A DNA stretch of 64,000 nucleotides from the human T2T-CHM13v2.0 reference genome, Homo sapiens: the NCBI RefSeq assembly GCF_009914755.1, contig NC_060934.1; one strand, written 5' to 3'. Of this stretch, positions 26,201 to 38,633 are shown piece by piece. Both the position numbers and the translations under genes were made by a program. The first letter of the stretch is position 1, and each line of letters starts with the position of its first letter. A model generated the notes under the pieces. That model saw nothing but the letters and a program-made list of their open reading frames with translations, did not search any database and was not told the origin of the DNA.

Positions 26201-27469
26201 CCGTGATAATATCCAATCTTGGCTTTAGCTTGGGAGATAGTGATCTTGGGGCCCTGAAGATTCTCGCCCATTCGGCAGAAGCCAGAGGACCTCTTACTAG
26301 GGGAATATCAATAATAGTAACTTTTCTTTTAAAAGTTAATATAAGATCATGCTTTTATATACTTTTTTTATTTGATCATAATTACAACTCCATGATGTGG
26401 GTTGTATTGTTCTAATTTTATAAATGAGGAAATGAAAGCTCTGAGAGGTGAATTAGCACTAATAAGGAGGAAGGAGCCAGGTTCAGAACCCAGGCTGATG
26501 TGACTTCAGTCTAGTGATATTTCTACTGCTGTATGCTCCCTCACAGGGGAAGCAGGAACATCTTCTTTCTCAAAGACATTAAACTAATCACATGAAATAT
26601 TCCTTTGAAATGTAACATTAGATTAGAAGAACAGTCATCACAGCATGACTAGTAAACGAATGAAACTAATTCCTCCCTTTCCCAGAGGCTACATGGTCAA
26701 AACAGAAGGGCACACAGCCTTATACAAGCCAGAAATCCTGGCAGCTACCGTCTGAACCTGAGTTTTTCCCATTTATAAAATAGAATCAATAACATCTATT
26801 TTTTCTTGCAGGACTGTTAACATACGTGAAAACACTTTGAAAACCTTACTATTTTTTATAAATTCTGAAGCTCTTTTATACCCCAGTTACAATTTCTTCA
26901 TCAGCTTCAATGCTTTTCAAGATGTTAGGAGAAAAAGGATGTATTAGCACTTATTTGCTCATGAGTACTTTCAACTAGGCTGAAGTCATTTGAATGAAGA
27001 GCTCTGGAAAGAGAGAGGTTTGGAAGAATATAAGAGAGTGAGATTAGCTACTGTCATGTTAAGTCACAGGAAAACATCTGAGTGCTTTGGAATCCAAGGT
27101 GCGTGCTCATGTCTCTAAGCCGGTGTGGCTGAGTAAGCGGAAATGTTCGGGCCGAGTCGGTACCCTGAGAGGATCAGAACACCGTCTGTTGCAGCCAGTT
27201 ACCTATGTTCTTAGAGGCTTAAAAATAATTTTTTTGGCCTCCTCAATACATTTTAATGTAAAACACAAATAGTGGAAGTATCTAGACAGTTTTTGAAAGA
27301 GGAAATTTTAAAAAATTGTCCAGAACATGAATAACCCTGCCAACCTGATAGGAGTTTAAAGAAACTCAGATAGAAAAAGGAAAACTTTTTTGTTTGCTTG
27401 TTTTTTTACCTGTCCAGTTGGAGACCACTTGGTCAAAACATTCGGGTCAGTGTCAGTGAGTGTGAGTTG

Positions 27470-27900
27470 AAACAGATGCTGGTGGGAAGTCCACTGGTGT
27501 AGACTTTCCGCAAAGATGTTTGGCAATATGTGTTGAGAGCCTCACCATTGTTAATGACTTGAGGTCAAGTGATTCCAATTATAGGATGTATCCTTGTGGA
27601 AATAATATAGTTGTAGATGGCACAAATATTGGGATGTTCATTATGGTATTAATTATAATTGCAAAGTATTAGAAACAACCTAAATGTTCATTAGTAGGGG
27701 AATAGTTAAGTAAATTATTCGACAATCATATGAAGGAATATAATCAGCCATTTAAAATCATGTTTTTAATGATAAAAAAAAGTTAACATGAAAAAAGTTA
27801 AAAGTAGGATGGAAACCTGACTCCTTACACACATAATTTATAGAAAGCTATATATCTTAAGCTAATAGTTTTATTTGGGCGGAATATTTTTCTTACATTT
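27470..27900 (+). mobile_element. Old L1 (L1ME-like) 3' fragment
   Basis: tagaaacaacctaaatgttcattagtaggggaatagttaagtaaattat is typical L1 3' text. Confidence 0.7.
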
Positions 27901-28568
27901 TCTAAATATGTTCTCCAAAATTTCTACAATGAATATGTTTTCTAGTCAGAAAAAAATTGTTTTAGAAAAGAAAAAGTTCAGGGAAGGGAATGTAATTGTT
28001 CATTAAATTCAGACCTTTTAAAATGTAAAATAAAATGTTAAGGTAGTGCTACAAATAAAAGTTACAGTACCATTTCAGCAAGTGAATGAATAACTTGAGC
28101 GGATTGCCAAGAGGTTATTAAGGGAAAAATAGCAGACTTCTTGGGTGATATTCACATTTTTCTGGTATTTATAAATAAACCATGAATTTTTTAAACTAGT
28201 AGGTTATGAGTTGGAGATTTCTAAAGGTGTTTTCTTTATACCACCTATTTTTTACATAGCGCTTTTTTTTTTCCCACAAGTGAGGAAAGCTGAAAATTTC
28301 TGAATAGAAAGAGCAGTTTGTTTCTAAATATCACTTGAAGTTCTTTTGTTTCTAGAAGAGATGTAATAATTCCTGGGAATTAGTGCCACATTGATTTACT
28401 CAGAAGAGGACATTTTCCTAATGAGCATTGTGAATGAGATGGGACTGTTCAGAAAGATTGTTAGACTTTTACTTCTGTTTAAATATTTATGTTCAGACTG
28501 TGGCCAGGTAATGTGTAAGGTCTTGAATATGCTCATGGACACTGAACCTCTGCATTCTATTTTTACAG

Positions 28569-28604
28569 TGTCGCTCTTGCAATATATTATCACATCAAAA
28601 ACAG
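28569..28604 (+). CDS. CCNY: Cyclin Y exon (probably exon 5), 36 nt, (C)VALAIYYHIKN(R)
   Basis: Acceptor ctatttttacag|T; donor CAG|gtatgt; phase 2 to 2, in frame with both neighbours. Confidence 0.96.
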
Positions 28605-31026
28605 GTATGTGGATGGTTGTGTGCTAAAAACATCATACGTTATCTTCTGTTATGTTGTTCCTATTTTTTCATATTCTAGTTGCTTAAACCTTTGAATTAT
28701 ACTTTCTTAACTCATATTTTCATAGAATTTCTAAAGGTAATATAATTTACTAAAACTTCCCAGGTAAGTGCTGAACTGCTTTAGAATCAGTGGAAACCAA
28801 ATGAGCGTGGTTGAAACCAGCAAAACAGACAAAGCTTCTCAACGATGTTTGGCTTCCTTTTTCTTCTTTATTTTCTGAAAAATTTGTTGAAACATTCTGT
28901 CTTTTGTAAAATGTCACTTTAAAAGTTCACTGGGTGCAACTTTAACAGGAAAAAATGTTTAATTTATAGTTTGAATTCAGTAGAGGCAATTTTGGTGTAA
29001 ATTTAGGCATGAACTATTTTAATATAGAAGCCCTCTCTGATGTAAGTGTATCTGGCAATAGTTGGTTAATTTTAAAAGTCAGTTAAAACAGGGAGTGAAA
29101 AAAAACTCTACCTTATACATTTTATTTCAACATAAAACATGTAAGAATACATTCATTTGCCAGTTTTTAAAAATGCAACTTCAAGACATTTGCTTCAAGC
29201 ACAGGACATTGATTGGAGAACCAAAATGTATTTCTTTCATAAGCCACAGCTATCATTAATGCATCCTTTCCAAGTTTTTTTTTTTTTTTTGTCAGTAGTG
29301 AGAAAGCTTGAAGACATTTACATAACAGATGAGTATAAAATTTTTCCAGTTTTGACCACACCTAATCTACAGCAAATTTATTTTTAGTGATTTCCTTTTA
29401 TCGAATCTTTCCAAAGCGTCCTCCTTCGTTTTCATGAGGACATAGCCACTCTCATGGTAATCATATTTCATGCATAATGTGACATTCATGTATGTTACAC
29501 GAGTCTGCTAAGCACAGCTGGTGTGAACTAGTTTGGGAACAAGCAGAGCCACCACATGCTAAGTGCAGAGCTCAGCCGGTGGGAGCCCCACACGTTGTCG
29601 GTTTACAAAGCGTGGTTAGTCAGTGCAGGGGAGGTTGGATGACAGCTTCTAATGAACAGTATTGGAGAAAACACGAATATCCAGAAGCAGACACCTAGAA
29701 AGGGATTCTCTATGATCACCTATTTCCATACTGTAATTGTGATTCATGGTTCTTTATGGTGCTTGAGAATTTTGGATTTAAGAACTTACAAAACAGTGCA
29801 ACTTTGGAACTCTAAATCTTGAATTAGAGTAATGTATCAGTGAAAGTGTAGATTTTATCTTGTTGCCTATTTCTATACTAGTTCAAACCTTTTAAACTTG
29901 TAAGGCTTAAGAAACAGTGTAATCCCATTGATGAAGCTCAGTTGTGCTTTCAAGACAATTTTGCATTAGAATCTCTAAGATATTTCTCAGTACTTACTTA
30001 GACTATGATGGATCCTGAAGTGAATGTAGCCAGAGCTGATAATAATGAGTTGGCTTTGTGAAGCACCTACTCTGACTGCTCTGGTCAGTTCTTTACATGC
30101 TTTAATAACAACTCCTTAAGGTGATACTGGTATCTTCATTTTACAGATAAAGAAATTGAGGCACAGAGAGATTAATTTGACTAAGATGATACAACTAGTA
30201 AATTGGGGAATTGGGAAATGAATTCAATCTACCACTCAGACCATTAATCTATTGCTCTCCTAGATTAATGATGATAAATTGCACCAAAAGTAAGTGAGTG
30301 GAAGTAGAGAAAGTCCAGCTGAAAAATTGAGCATTTGTAAACAAGCAAGATTAATGTACAGATTGCCACCTGCATGTCTCTAGGTATGAGGAGGGATGCC
30401 CGTCTGCATGCCTTCTCTTCGCTCTCATACTAGGCTGGCCTTTGGTGCTGGTGATAGACCTGTTAGCTTGATAAAGGTGGTGTGGTGCTGTTCAGTTGGG
30501 ACACACAGCTTTTAGAGGAAGTAAGGAAACAGTCTACTTCTCAGAGGATTCTCCAGAATCCCCTTTCCTGAGTCTTCTTAGCTCGAGCTCTTAATTCTCA
30601 TTTATATTTTTAGACTCTGTTCTCATTTTAAAAATTACTTCAGGCGAATGTTTCTCTAGGGTGCTGGATGCTTTCAGGGGCTCTCATTCTCCAGGAAAAT
30701 TGAATGGGGCTCAACTGCTGAGGAATGGGGTCCTGGGCCAGGTTCTGTCTCTCCTGTAGCATCTTGAATGCCTCATAGAGATTCAAGATTTGGTTTATTT
30801 GAAAACTCAGTAAATAAGGTGAGGGAATCCGCTGATTCTTTGTAGCCCAGGTTGGTATCAGAGTGTAACCACGTGCACCCAGAAGCTGCTTTTTGCTCAC
30901 AGACTACCTGCTGGGTTGAACCTTTCTTTCGCTTGGGTTGATCTGTGTCTGTGCTGCCTGTGTTCATGCAGGCAAATGTAAATGAGCACAGGTGTGAATG
31001 CCCAGAGCTTTAAAAATAATTGCTGT

Positions 31027-31388
<362 letters not shown>

Positions 31389-32094
31389 TTAAGCTCTTTC
31401 TCTTTTATTTTTACACAGATGGTAAATTTCTAAAGCAGAAATTGTAATGTTTGTCATGATAAGTGTGTGTTAGGGACAGGTCTGTAGCCTTCTGAAGTTC
31501 TGAAGCCTGACACTGAAGCACAGACTATGGAAATTACATGCAGCTAGCCAAAAGCTGTCATTTCCAAGTTTGGTTGTTTAAAGAAAATTTTTTAGGCAAA
31601 ACTTAAATTTCATATAACAGATGAAAGTAGAGCTGTCACTCGTGAGGTACGGAGGGTCCCCGCAGAGCCCAGCGGCCCACGGTACTGTGTTCACAGTGAA
31701 AGCTACCTCTTTAAGTGGTTCTGTGCACGTACCAGCCTGGTAAGAGCTAACTGTTCACATATAGGTTATTGACTAAAGACTTTTTATCTGTCACCTGTTG
31801 TTTTTCAGTATAAAATTGTGAAACTTAAATGAAGTAGTGACGTTGCGTGTTGTGAATAATCAGACTGATCTCTAGGATACATTGATATTCATTCTTACCC
31901 TGGCGCTTCTTTCCTATCACCCACAGTATGTTGATGGCTTAAGCAGATCCAACAACCTTTGCTTGGAAATAAGATGTCAAATTTAAGTCATTTGCCTAGA
32001 TTCGATTCATTTGAAAACTCAAAAAATTAAAATTAAATTTTTACTTAATTTAGCTAAGTGTGGTTTATAACCTTTATTTCCTTGGGCTATTTTA

Positions 32095-32500
<406 letters not shown>

Positions 32501-32577
32501 TTAAAATGTATTTTTGTTTTATTTGAATGACATTCTTGCAGAAAGTAAGTTTCATTTTCTATTATTTTCCCTACCAG

Positions 32578-32635
32578 GGACCCAGATGGAAGGATGCTCT
32601 TAGATATTTTTGATGAAAATCTTCACCCTCTTTCG
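32578..32635 (+). CDS. CCNY: Cyclin Y exon (probably exon 6), 58 nt, (R)[19 protein letters not shown]
   Basis: Acceptor ttttccctaccag|G; donor TCG|gtaatc; phase 2 to 0; followed by a 93-nt intron. Confidence 0.96.
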
Positions 32636-32728
32636 GTAATCTCCTCCGTGTGTTTCATGAGATGATTTAATTATTTCTCTTTTGCTCCAATCGGGAGATC
32701 AGTCATCTGAAAATATTTTCTTCCCCAG

Positions 32729-32848
32729 AAATCCGAAGTGCCACCAGATTATGACAAACACAACCCAGAGCAGAAGCAGATTTACCGGTTCGTTCGGACA
32801 CTGTTCAGTGCTGCTCAGCTGACGGCTGAATGTGCCATCGTCACCCTG
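32729..32848 (+). CDS. CCNY: Cyclin Y exon (probably exon 7), 120 nt, [40 protein letters not shown] (start of cyclin box)
   Basis: Acceptor ttttcttccccag|AAA; donor CTG|gtgagt; phase 0 to 0; overlaps track ORF 32738..33061. Confidence 0.97.
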
Positions 32849-33395
32849 GTGAGTGCCCTCAGGATGGCCACACCCATCCCCAGCCGAGGTGGTCCAGGGC
32901 CCGTTCCTGTTACTCAGCGGAGTGAGGTTGGAGCAGGGAATCCTCACCAGGTTACCCTGTGGACACCGTGGCATAAGCTTCAGTGTTGTCGTTCTCCTGG
33001 GAGAATAGAGGATAGATATCCCGGAAGAGATTGTGAAGATTGTTCTGTAGCCCCCACCTAAAGTCATTTGTGAAATCACGTTCAAATCCAGGAAATGCTG
33101 AAATTAAAAATGCAGGTAAGTAAAACAGTAGGGCTAAGAGAGTGGTTATATGGCCAAGGTACTCCCTGTATACGTCTAGGTTTCCTGGTGTTGATTCCCT
33201 ACAAAGATTGTAATAGTATTAGTAAGATATGATGAATACATTCATCTTATATGAACACTTGTCTAGGAAGGAGTGTGTATATTCCTAGCTTCTGTTTTGT
33301 GACTTTTGAGTAAATGTGTCTGCAGGATATTCAGAGACAGTATGGAGGTAACGTATATTTTAAGACTCAAGAAAAAATAAAAATTTGTTTTTACA

Positions 33396-33683
33396 GCTGG
33401 GCTCCATGGCTCACGTCAGTAATTTCAGCACTTTGGGAGGTCAAGGTGGGAGGATCACTTGAGCCCAGGAGTTTGAGACCAGTCTGGACAACATAGTGAA
33501 ACCCCGACTCTACAAAATTTAAAAGTCAGCTGGCCATGGTGGCACGTACCTGTGGTCCCAGCTACTTGGAAGGCTGAGGTGAAAGGATCACTTAAGCCCA
33601 GGAGGTCAGGCTGCAGTGAGCTATGATCATGCCACTGCACTCCAGCCCGAGGGGCAGAGCGAGACCCTGTCTCAAAAGAAAAA
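33396..33683 (+). mobile_element. AluJ, about 550 bp downstream of exon 7
   Basis: J-type ggaggatcacttgagcccaggag and gagctatgatcatgccactg. Confidence 0.92.
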
Positions 33684-35904
33684 GTATTCTTACTTGGATT
33701 CTTAAAATGTTATGCACTATTTAGGTCAAATCTCACTTGGGAAATAGATTTAACAATGGAACCCTTTTTGTCACTGACCTTTTACATTGTGTATAACTTA
33801 GATGAGAAATTAGCTTTGCCTGTGCATGAGCTATCCTGGAGATCAGAATACCATTTCCTGTAGTTTCTGAGAAGAGACAATTGTCTAGTAGAAGCTTTAC
33901 AGGCGACCGAAGGACTCTTTGTGTCTCCGCCACATGAAGAGCTGTGTGCTCCGAGGCTAACTGAACAGAAACCCTGTTGGCTTGTTGCTCATTCATTCAT
34001 CTGTTCATCTGTTTGTTCATTCCTTCTCATTGAACTCACAGCCTGAAGGATAATAGAACAGACAATCAAGTAATCATTAGATGATTAGGAATGATTGCAG
34101 GTTCCTATGTCATAATTGAGTAATGTATGTACTGCCCAGCTTTGTTCCTCAAAGGGATTTTAAGTTCTAACCAAAACACGCAACAGGGCAACAGGGTTGA
34201 GATTTTTATGTAGGGAAATTCAGTGAAGGGAAAAGAAGATTAAGAAAAGCAGATGAAACCATAGATGAAATTAGTACTGGAATACATGCCATGAGGAAGG
34301 ATTTATTTTGAAGTTGCTGTAGATGGAAAGTGGCGGGGATTTTTTCTACCTTTAATTCCTAAGAAAAATATGGCCTGGCTGTGAAAGATAGTGCCTTCCT
34401 GGTCGGGATTATTATTTAGCTTGAAGGATGTTCAGGGCCAGCATTTAAACCCCACAGCTCACCCAGTGTCTGCCTTGAGAGAACATCTAACAGGCATCCC
34501 TTGCTGCCCTCTGCATCACTCACCAAAGGTGACAGGGCTGATGAGTTCATTTCTTTGGAGTAGTGTAGGACTGGCACTTTTCTTGTGAATAATTGTAACT
34601 ATTGAAATCTTCATTTGTCCTATGAAATAGACTGGTGTTGACCAGGATACCAGTTTGTATGGGGGTCTTGTTGGTTGCAGCTGGAGAGGAGCAGCCTTGG
34701 AGGCCTTCGTGGTAGGTGCAGCCCTGCAGCCCATCCTCTGGTCTCTGCTGTCTGCTGAGGCTCATCAGCGCAGCTGCATGCTTGTGGGTAGAGGGCACAG
34801 AGACGTGTGCCTTGAGCAAGACTCTTGTAGGATTGTTCTTCCCTCCTCGTGTTCCCTAGAGTTAGAAACAGTCATTCAGGACAAGTCTGGCCTGGAGTTG
34901 ACAGAGATGCATTCATTAAGCCCTTATTTTCACTGGGCATGTGTTTGGCATCTTGGCATGCTGCTCAGCAGGCAATGGAGGAGGAAGAGCAGTTAGCCCT
35001 GGCCGTGCTTCCCACACGGAGTAGGACTGCAGCCTGCTGTGGACAGAGAGCCTACAGGCCCTTCAAACACCCAAACCTACTTCACCCAAAGCAAATATTT
35101 CACAGCTTAATCAACTTCCTTTTAAAAGAGTAACAATAACTTAGATCACTAAGTGTATTTTTTAGCCTCCTAGAATATGCTGAAAGCTCTCCTATGGATA
35201 CTGCCACATGAGGAAATTTGAAAGGGAGTGAGGTAATTGATTTGCACCTTGATGAGTTATGTAGAGGCCTTTGTGGTGTACCTGCAGCAGCTGGAGGAAG
35301 CCAGGCCTGCAGTGAAGTGGGCAGAAAGGCCTTGGCATCCAGCTGCCCCTCCACGAGGCCCTTCCCTTCCCTCAGGAGTCACCCAAGCTGACTGATCCTG
35401 AGAACCATGCATGGCACCCACTTTAGTCCTATGCGGTACTTCGACAACATGAAAAGCTCATTGCCTGTCTGAACTGGGATCTTCTGTTGGAAGGATGAGA
35501 AAGCCAGAGGCCAAGGCAGAAGGAGATATATTGGAAGGTCCAGGCAGGTCTCGCATATCCCTTGTCCTGTAGGTCTGGAAGGACATCAGGCTGTAGAATG
35601 AGGCCCACTGCAGGTTTCTCTTCCTTTGGGCTGCTTCTCTCACCTTTGCGCACTGCTGTGGCTCTGGGGCCTTAATGTGCAGGTCGGCTTTCTTGCTTCG
35701 GATGGGATGTGGCAGGACAGTATTAATAGCTTTCCCCACCCTTCATCACCTCTCCGTTTAAGGCCGCACACCCTCTAACCCAGTCTCCTCTTTCAGTTTT
35801 GGAGAGGGGAGATTTTGACTGGCCCCAGTTCCTTTGGGGTCAGATGTTCATCTGTAGAAAAATCAGTCATGACCCAGAGTTGAAGGAGCTTGGTCCTGCT
35901 CTTT

Positions 35905-36490
35905 TTTTTCTCACTTTGCACGCTCCTCTGTTCAGAACCTGTGGTGGTTCCCATCTTCCTCAAAGGAAAACACAAAGCCCTTATGTTACTGACGGGGCCT
36001 AGCAAGATTAAGCCTCCCATCTCTGCCCAGCTGCCTCCACTCTCCTCAGTGTCATGCTGCAGCTGCTCTGTTCCCTGGATGTACCGGACACACACCTGCC
36101 TCGGGACTTCTGCACCTCAGGACTTCCTCCACCCCTTGGCACCCAGCTCCCTCTGTCCCAGGTGTGTTTGAGATGCGTCCTGCCCTCCTCCTCCCCATCT
36201 TTGCTCAAAGGGCACATCAGGGGGCTGTTGCCTGGCCACCATATCTGAAGTTGCAACCTCCCTCCTGCACCGCACTCCCTGCTCATCACTTCCTGCTTTT
36301 TCTCCACTTGCTTATCACCTGTCAGCATGCTTTAGGTTGAAGTCATTAATTTTATTGTTTTGTCAGTAAGCCCCATGCGTAAGAAATGTCTGGTCTTTTT
36401 GTCCATGTGGTTTACTACAATACGACCAACATCTGGAACACAGCCCAGCTCATAATGAATGCTCAGTAAGTATTTGTTGAACATGTAGTG
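35905..36490 (+). mobile_element. L2 3' end
   Basis: Ends with the L2 terminus tggaacacagcccagctcataatgaatgctcagtaagtatttgttgaa. Confidence 0.75.
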
Positions 36491-36560
36491 AGCACAGTAA
36501 TAACTGCCTACTGGCTGAAGTACATGGTGGTGATGTGCCTGAAACATAAGGATCATTTAA

Positions 36561-36926
<366 letters not shown>

Positions 36927-37552
36927 CTGCTTAAGCTTTCTGAAGGGACAGAAAAAAACTCGTCAACTTCGGGGACATCACTCAACTGAACCTTGATTGA
37001 GCATTCCGTGTGAGGTTAGTTCTGTCTGTAGAGCCACAGCAATGGGAGAGGGAGAAAGAGAGGAAGTTGGTGATTGATGGAGGGATTCCGGCATAAGGGA
37101 AGGGGAACCAAGAAGAGATCGAGGTGGCAAAGTGACAGCTGACCAGACAGGAGGGGGTGTGGTCCCTTTCTTTATTTCCTATTTTTTAATAGCTTTATTG
37201 GGACATATTTTATATACCATACAATTCAGCCATTTAAAGTGAGCATTTTAGTGGGTTTTAGTACATTGTACAACCATCACTACAACCTAATTTCAGAATA
37301 TTCCCTTCACCCCATAGAGAAACCCCTTACCCTTTGGCATTCACTCCTCGTTCTTAGCCTCCACCCAGGCCCAGGAAACCACTAATCAAATTTCTATGTC
37401 ATTTGCCTATTCTGAACATTTCATATCAATAGTATCTCATATGATAGTTCATGATTGGCTTCTTTTACTTAGCATATGTTTTTGGGATTCATCCATGTTG
37501 TAGCATGTATAGTATGTCCTTTTTTATTGCAAATAATATTCCATTGAGTGGG

Positions 37553-37559
37553 GATACAT

Positions 37560-37592
<33 letters not shown>

Positions 37593-37596
37593 GATC

Positions 37597-37637
<41 letters not shown>

Positions 37638-37656
37638 ATATATAGATCTATATATA
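37553..37656. repeat. Palindromic compound microsatellite (CA)n(TA)n-AGATCT-(TA)n(TG)n
   Basis: Dyad centre AGATCT at 37592-37597; second AGATCT at 37644-37649. Confidence 0.93.
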
Positions 37657-38090
37657 TGCTGCAGCCCTAATCCCTGTTGGAGTGAACAAAGGAGGATGAA
37701 CGTGAGAATAAAGACAAAGACAAAAGAATGTATTTGGAAGAAGGGGTCAGGGGGCTCCTTGCTTTTAGTGAACAAGGGCCCAGAGCTTCTATAGCCCTTC
37801 GTATTTATTGAGTAAAGGAGATACAGAGAAGGGGGTGGTTGTCAGTCAGCTGCTTGACTTAGAGCAGGCCTGCACAGCTGCATTCTCTGAACAGTAGTCT
37901 CTAGATGTTCCAGTAGATAACCTCAAGGAGCACGGCACCAGGGAGTGATTACACTCAACAAACCTTCTGGTGGCAGGTGCAGTTGTGAGTTTGCCCACAT
38001 CCTGCATTCATGATAAACAGTTTGCTGTTTGATCATATAGCCTCCAGTGGAATGCTGAGTTGGTCACAACCCACAGGCTTTTGGCTCTCT
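37657..38090 (-). mobile_element. LTR3A-like solo LTR (HERV-K HML-6)
   Basis: Reverse complement contains GTGACCAACTCAGCATTCCACTGGAGGCTATATGATCAAACAGCAAACTGTTTATCATGAATGCAGGATGTGGGCAAACTC; about 430 bp. Confidence 0.82.
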
Positions 38091-38174
38091 CTGTCTCTCT
38101 CCCTATATGTGTATGTATATGTGTATGTATACGTATATGTATACATATACGTATATGTATGAGAGACAGAGTGA

Positions 38175-38515
38175 GTGTTGGCCCTCCTTGTACAAGGGCT
38201 TTGCACCTGAAGATTCAGCCAACTGTAAAATGAAAATGTGGTTAGGCCTGTGATGGTTGCATCTGTGCTGAACATGTACAGAATTTTCTTCTTGTCATTA
38301 TTCCCTAAACAAAACAGTATAACCACAATTTACCTAGCGTTTACATTGTATTAGGTATTATAACTCATGTAGAGATGATTTAAGTATACAAGATGATGTG
38401 CATAGGTTATATGAAAATGGCTCTGCCATTTTATATCAGGGACTTGAGCATCCTCACATTTTAGTATCTGCAGGGGCCCCTGGAACCAACCTTCCACAGA
38501 TGCTGAGGGTCACTG
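38175..38515. mobile_element. MER2/MER2B (TcMar-Tigger) DNA transposon
   Basis: ttggccctcc start, gtcattattccctaaacaaaacagtataac core, cacagatgctgagggtcactg end. Confidence 0.85.
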
Positions 38516-38633
38516 CACTTCATTTTGTTTACTCATTCATCAGTTGGTGGACATTTAACTTGTTTCTACTTTCTGGCTATTATGAATCCTGCTGCTATGA
38601 ACATAAGTTTGTGATAAGATTTGTATAAGTTTG

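Noticed and set aside
32849-33061. ORF continuing past exon 7 ([11 protein letters not shown]...)
   Set aside because: Read-through beyond a consensus GTGAGT donor; cyclin Y similarity resumes only at 55457.
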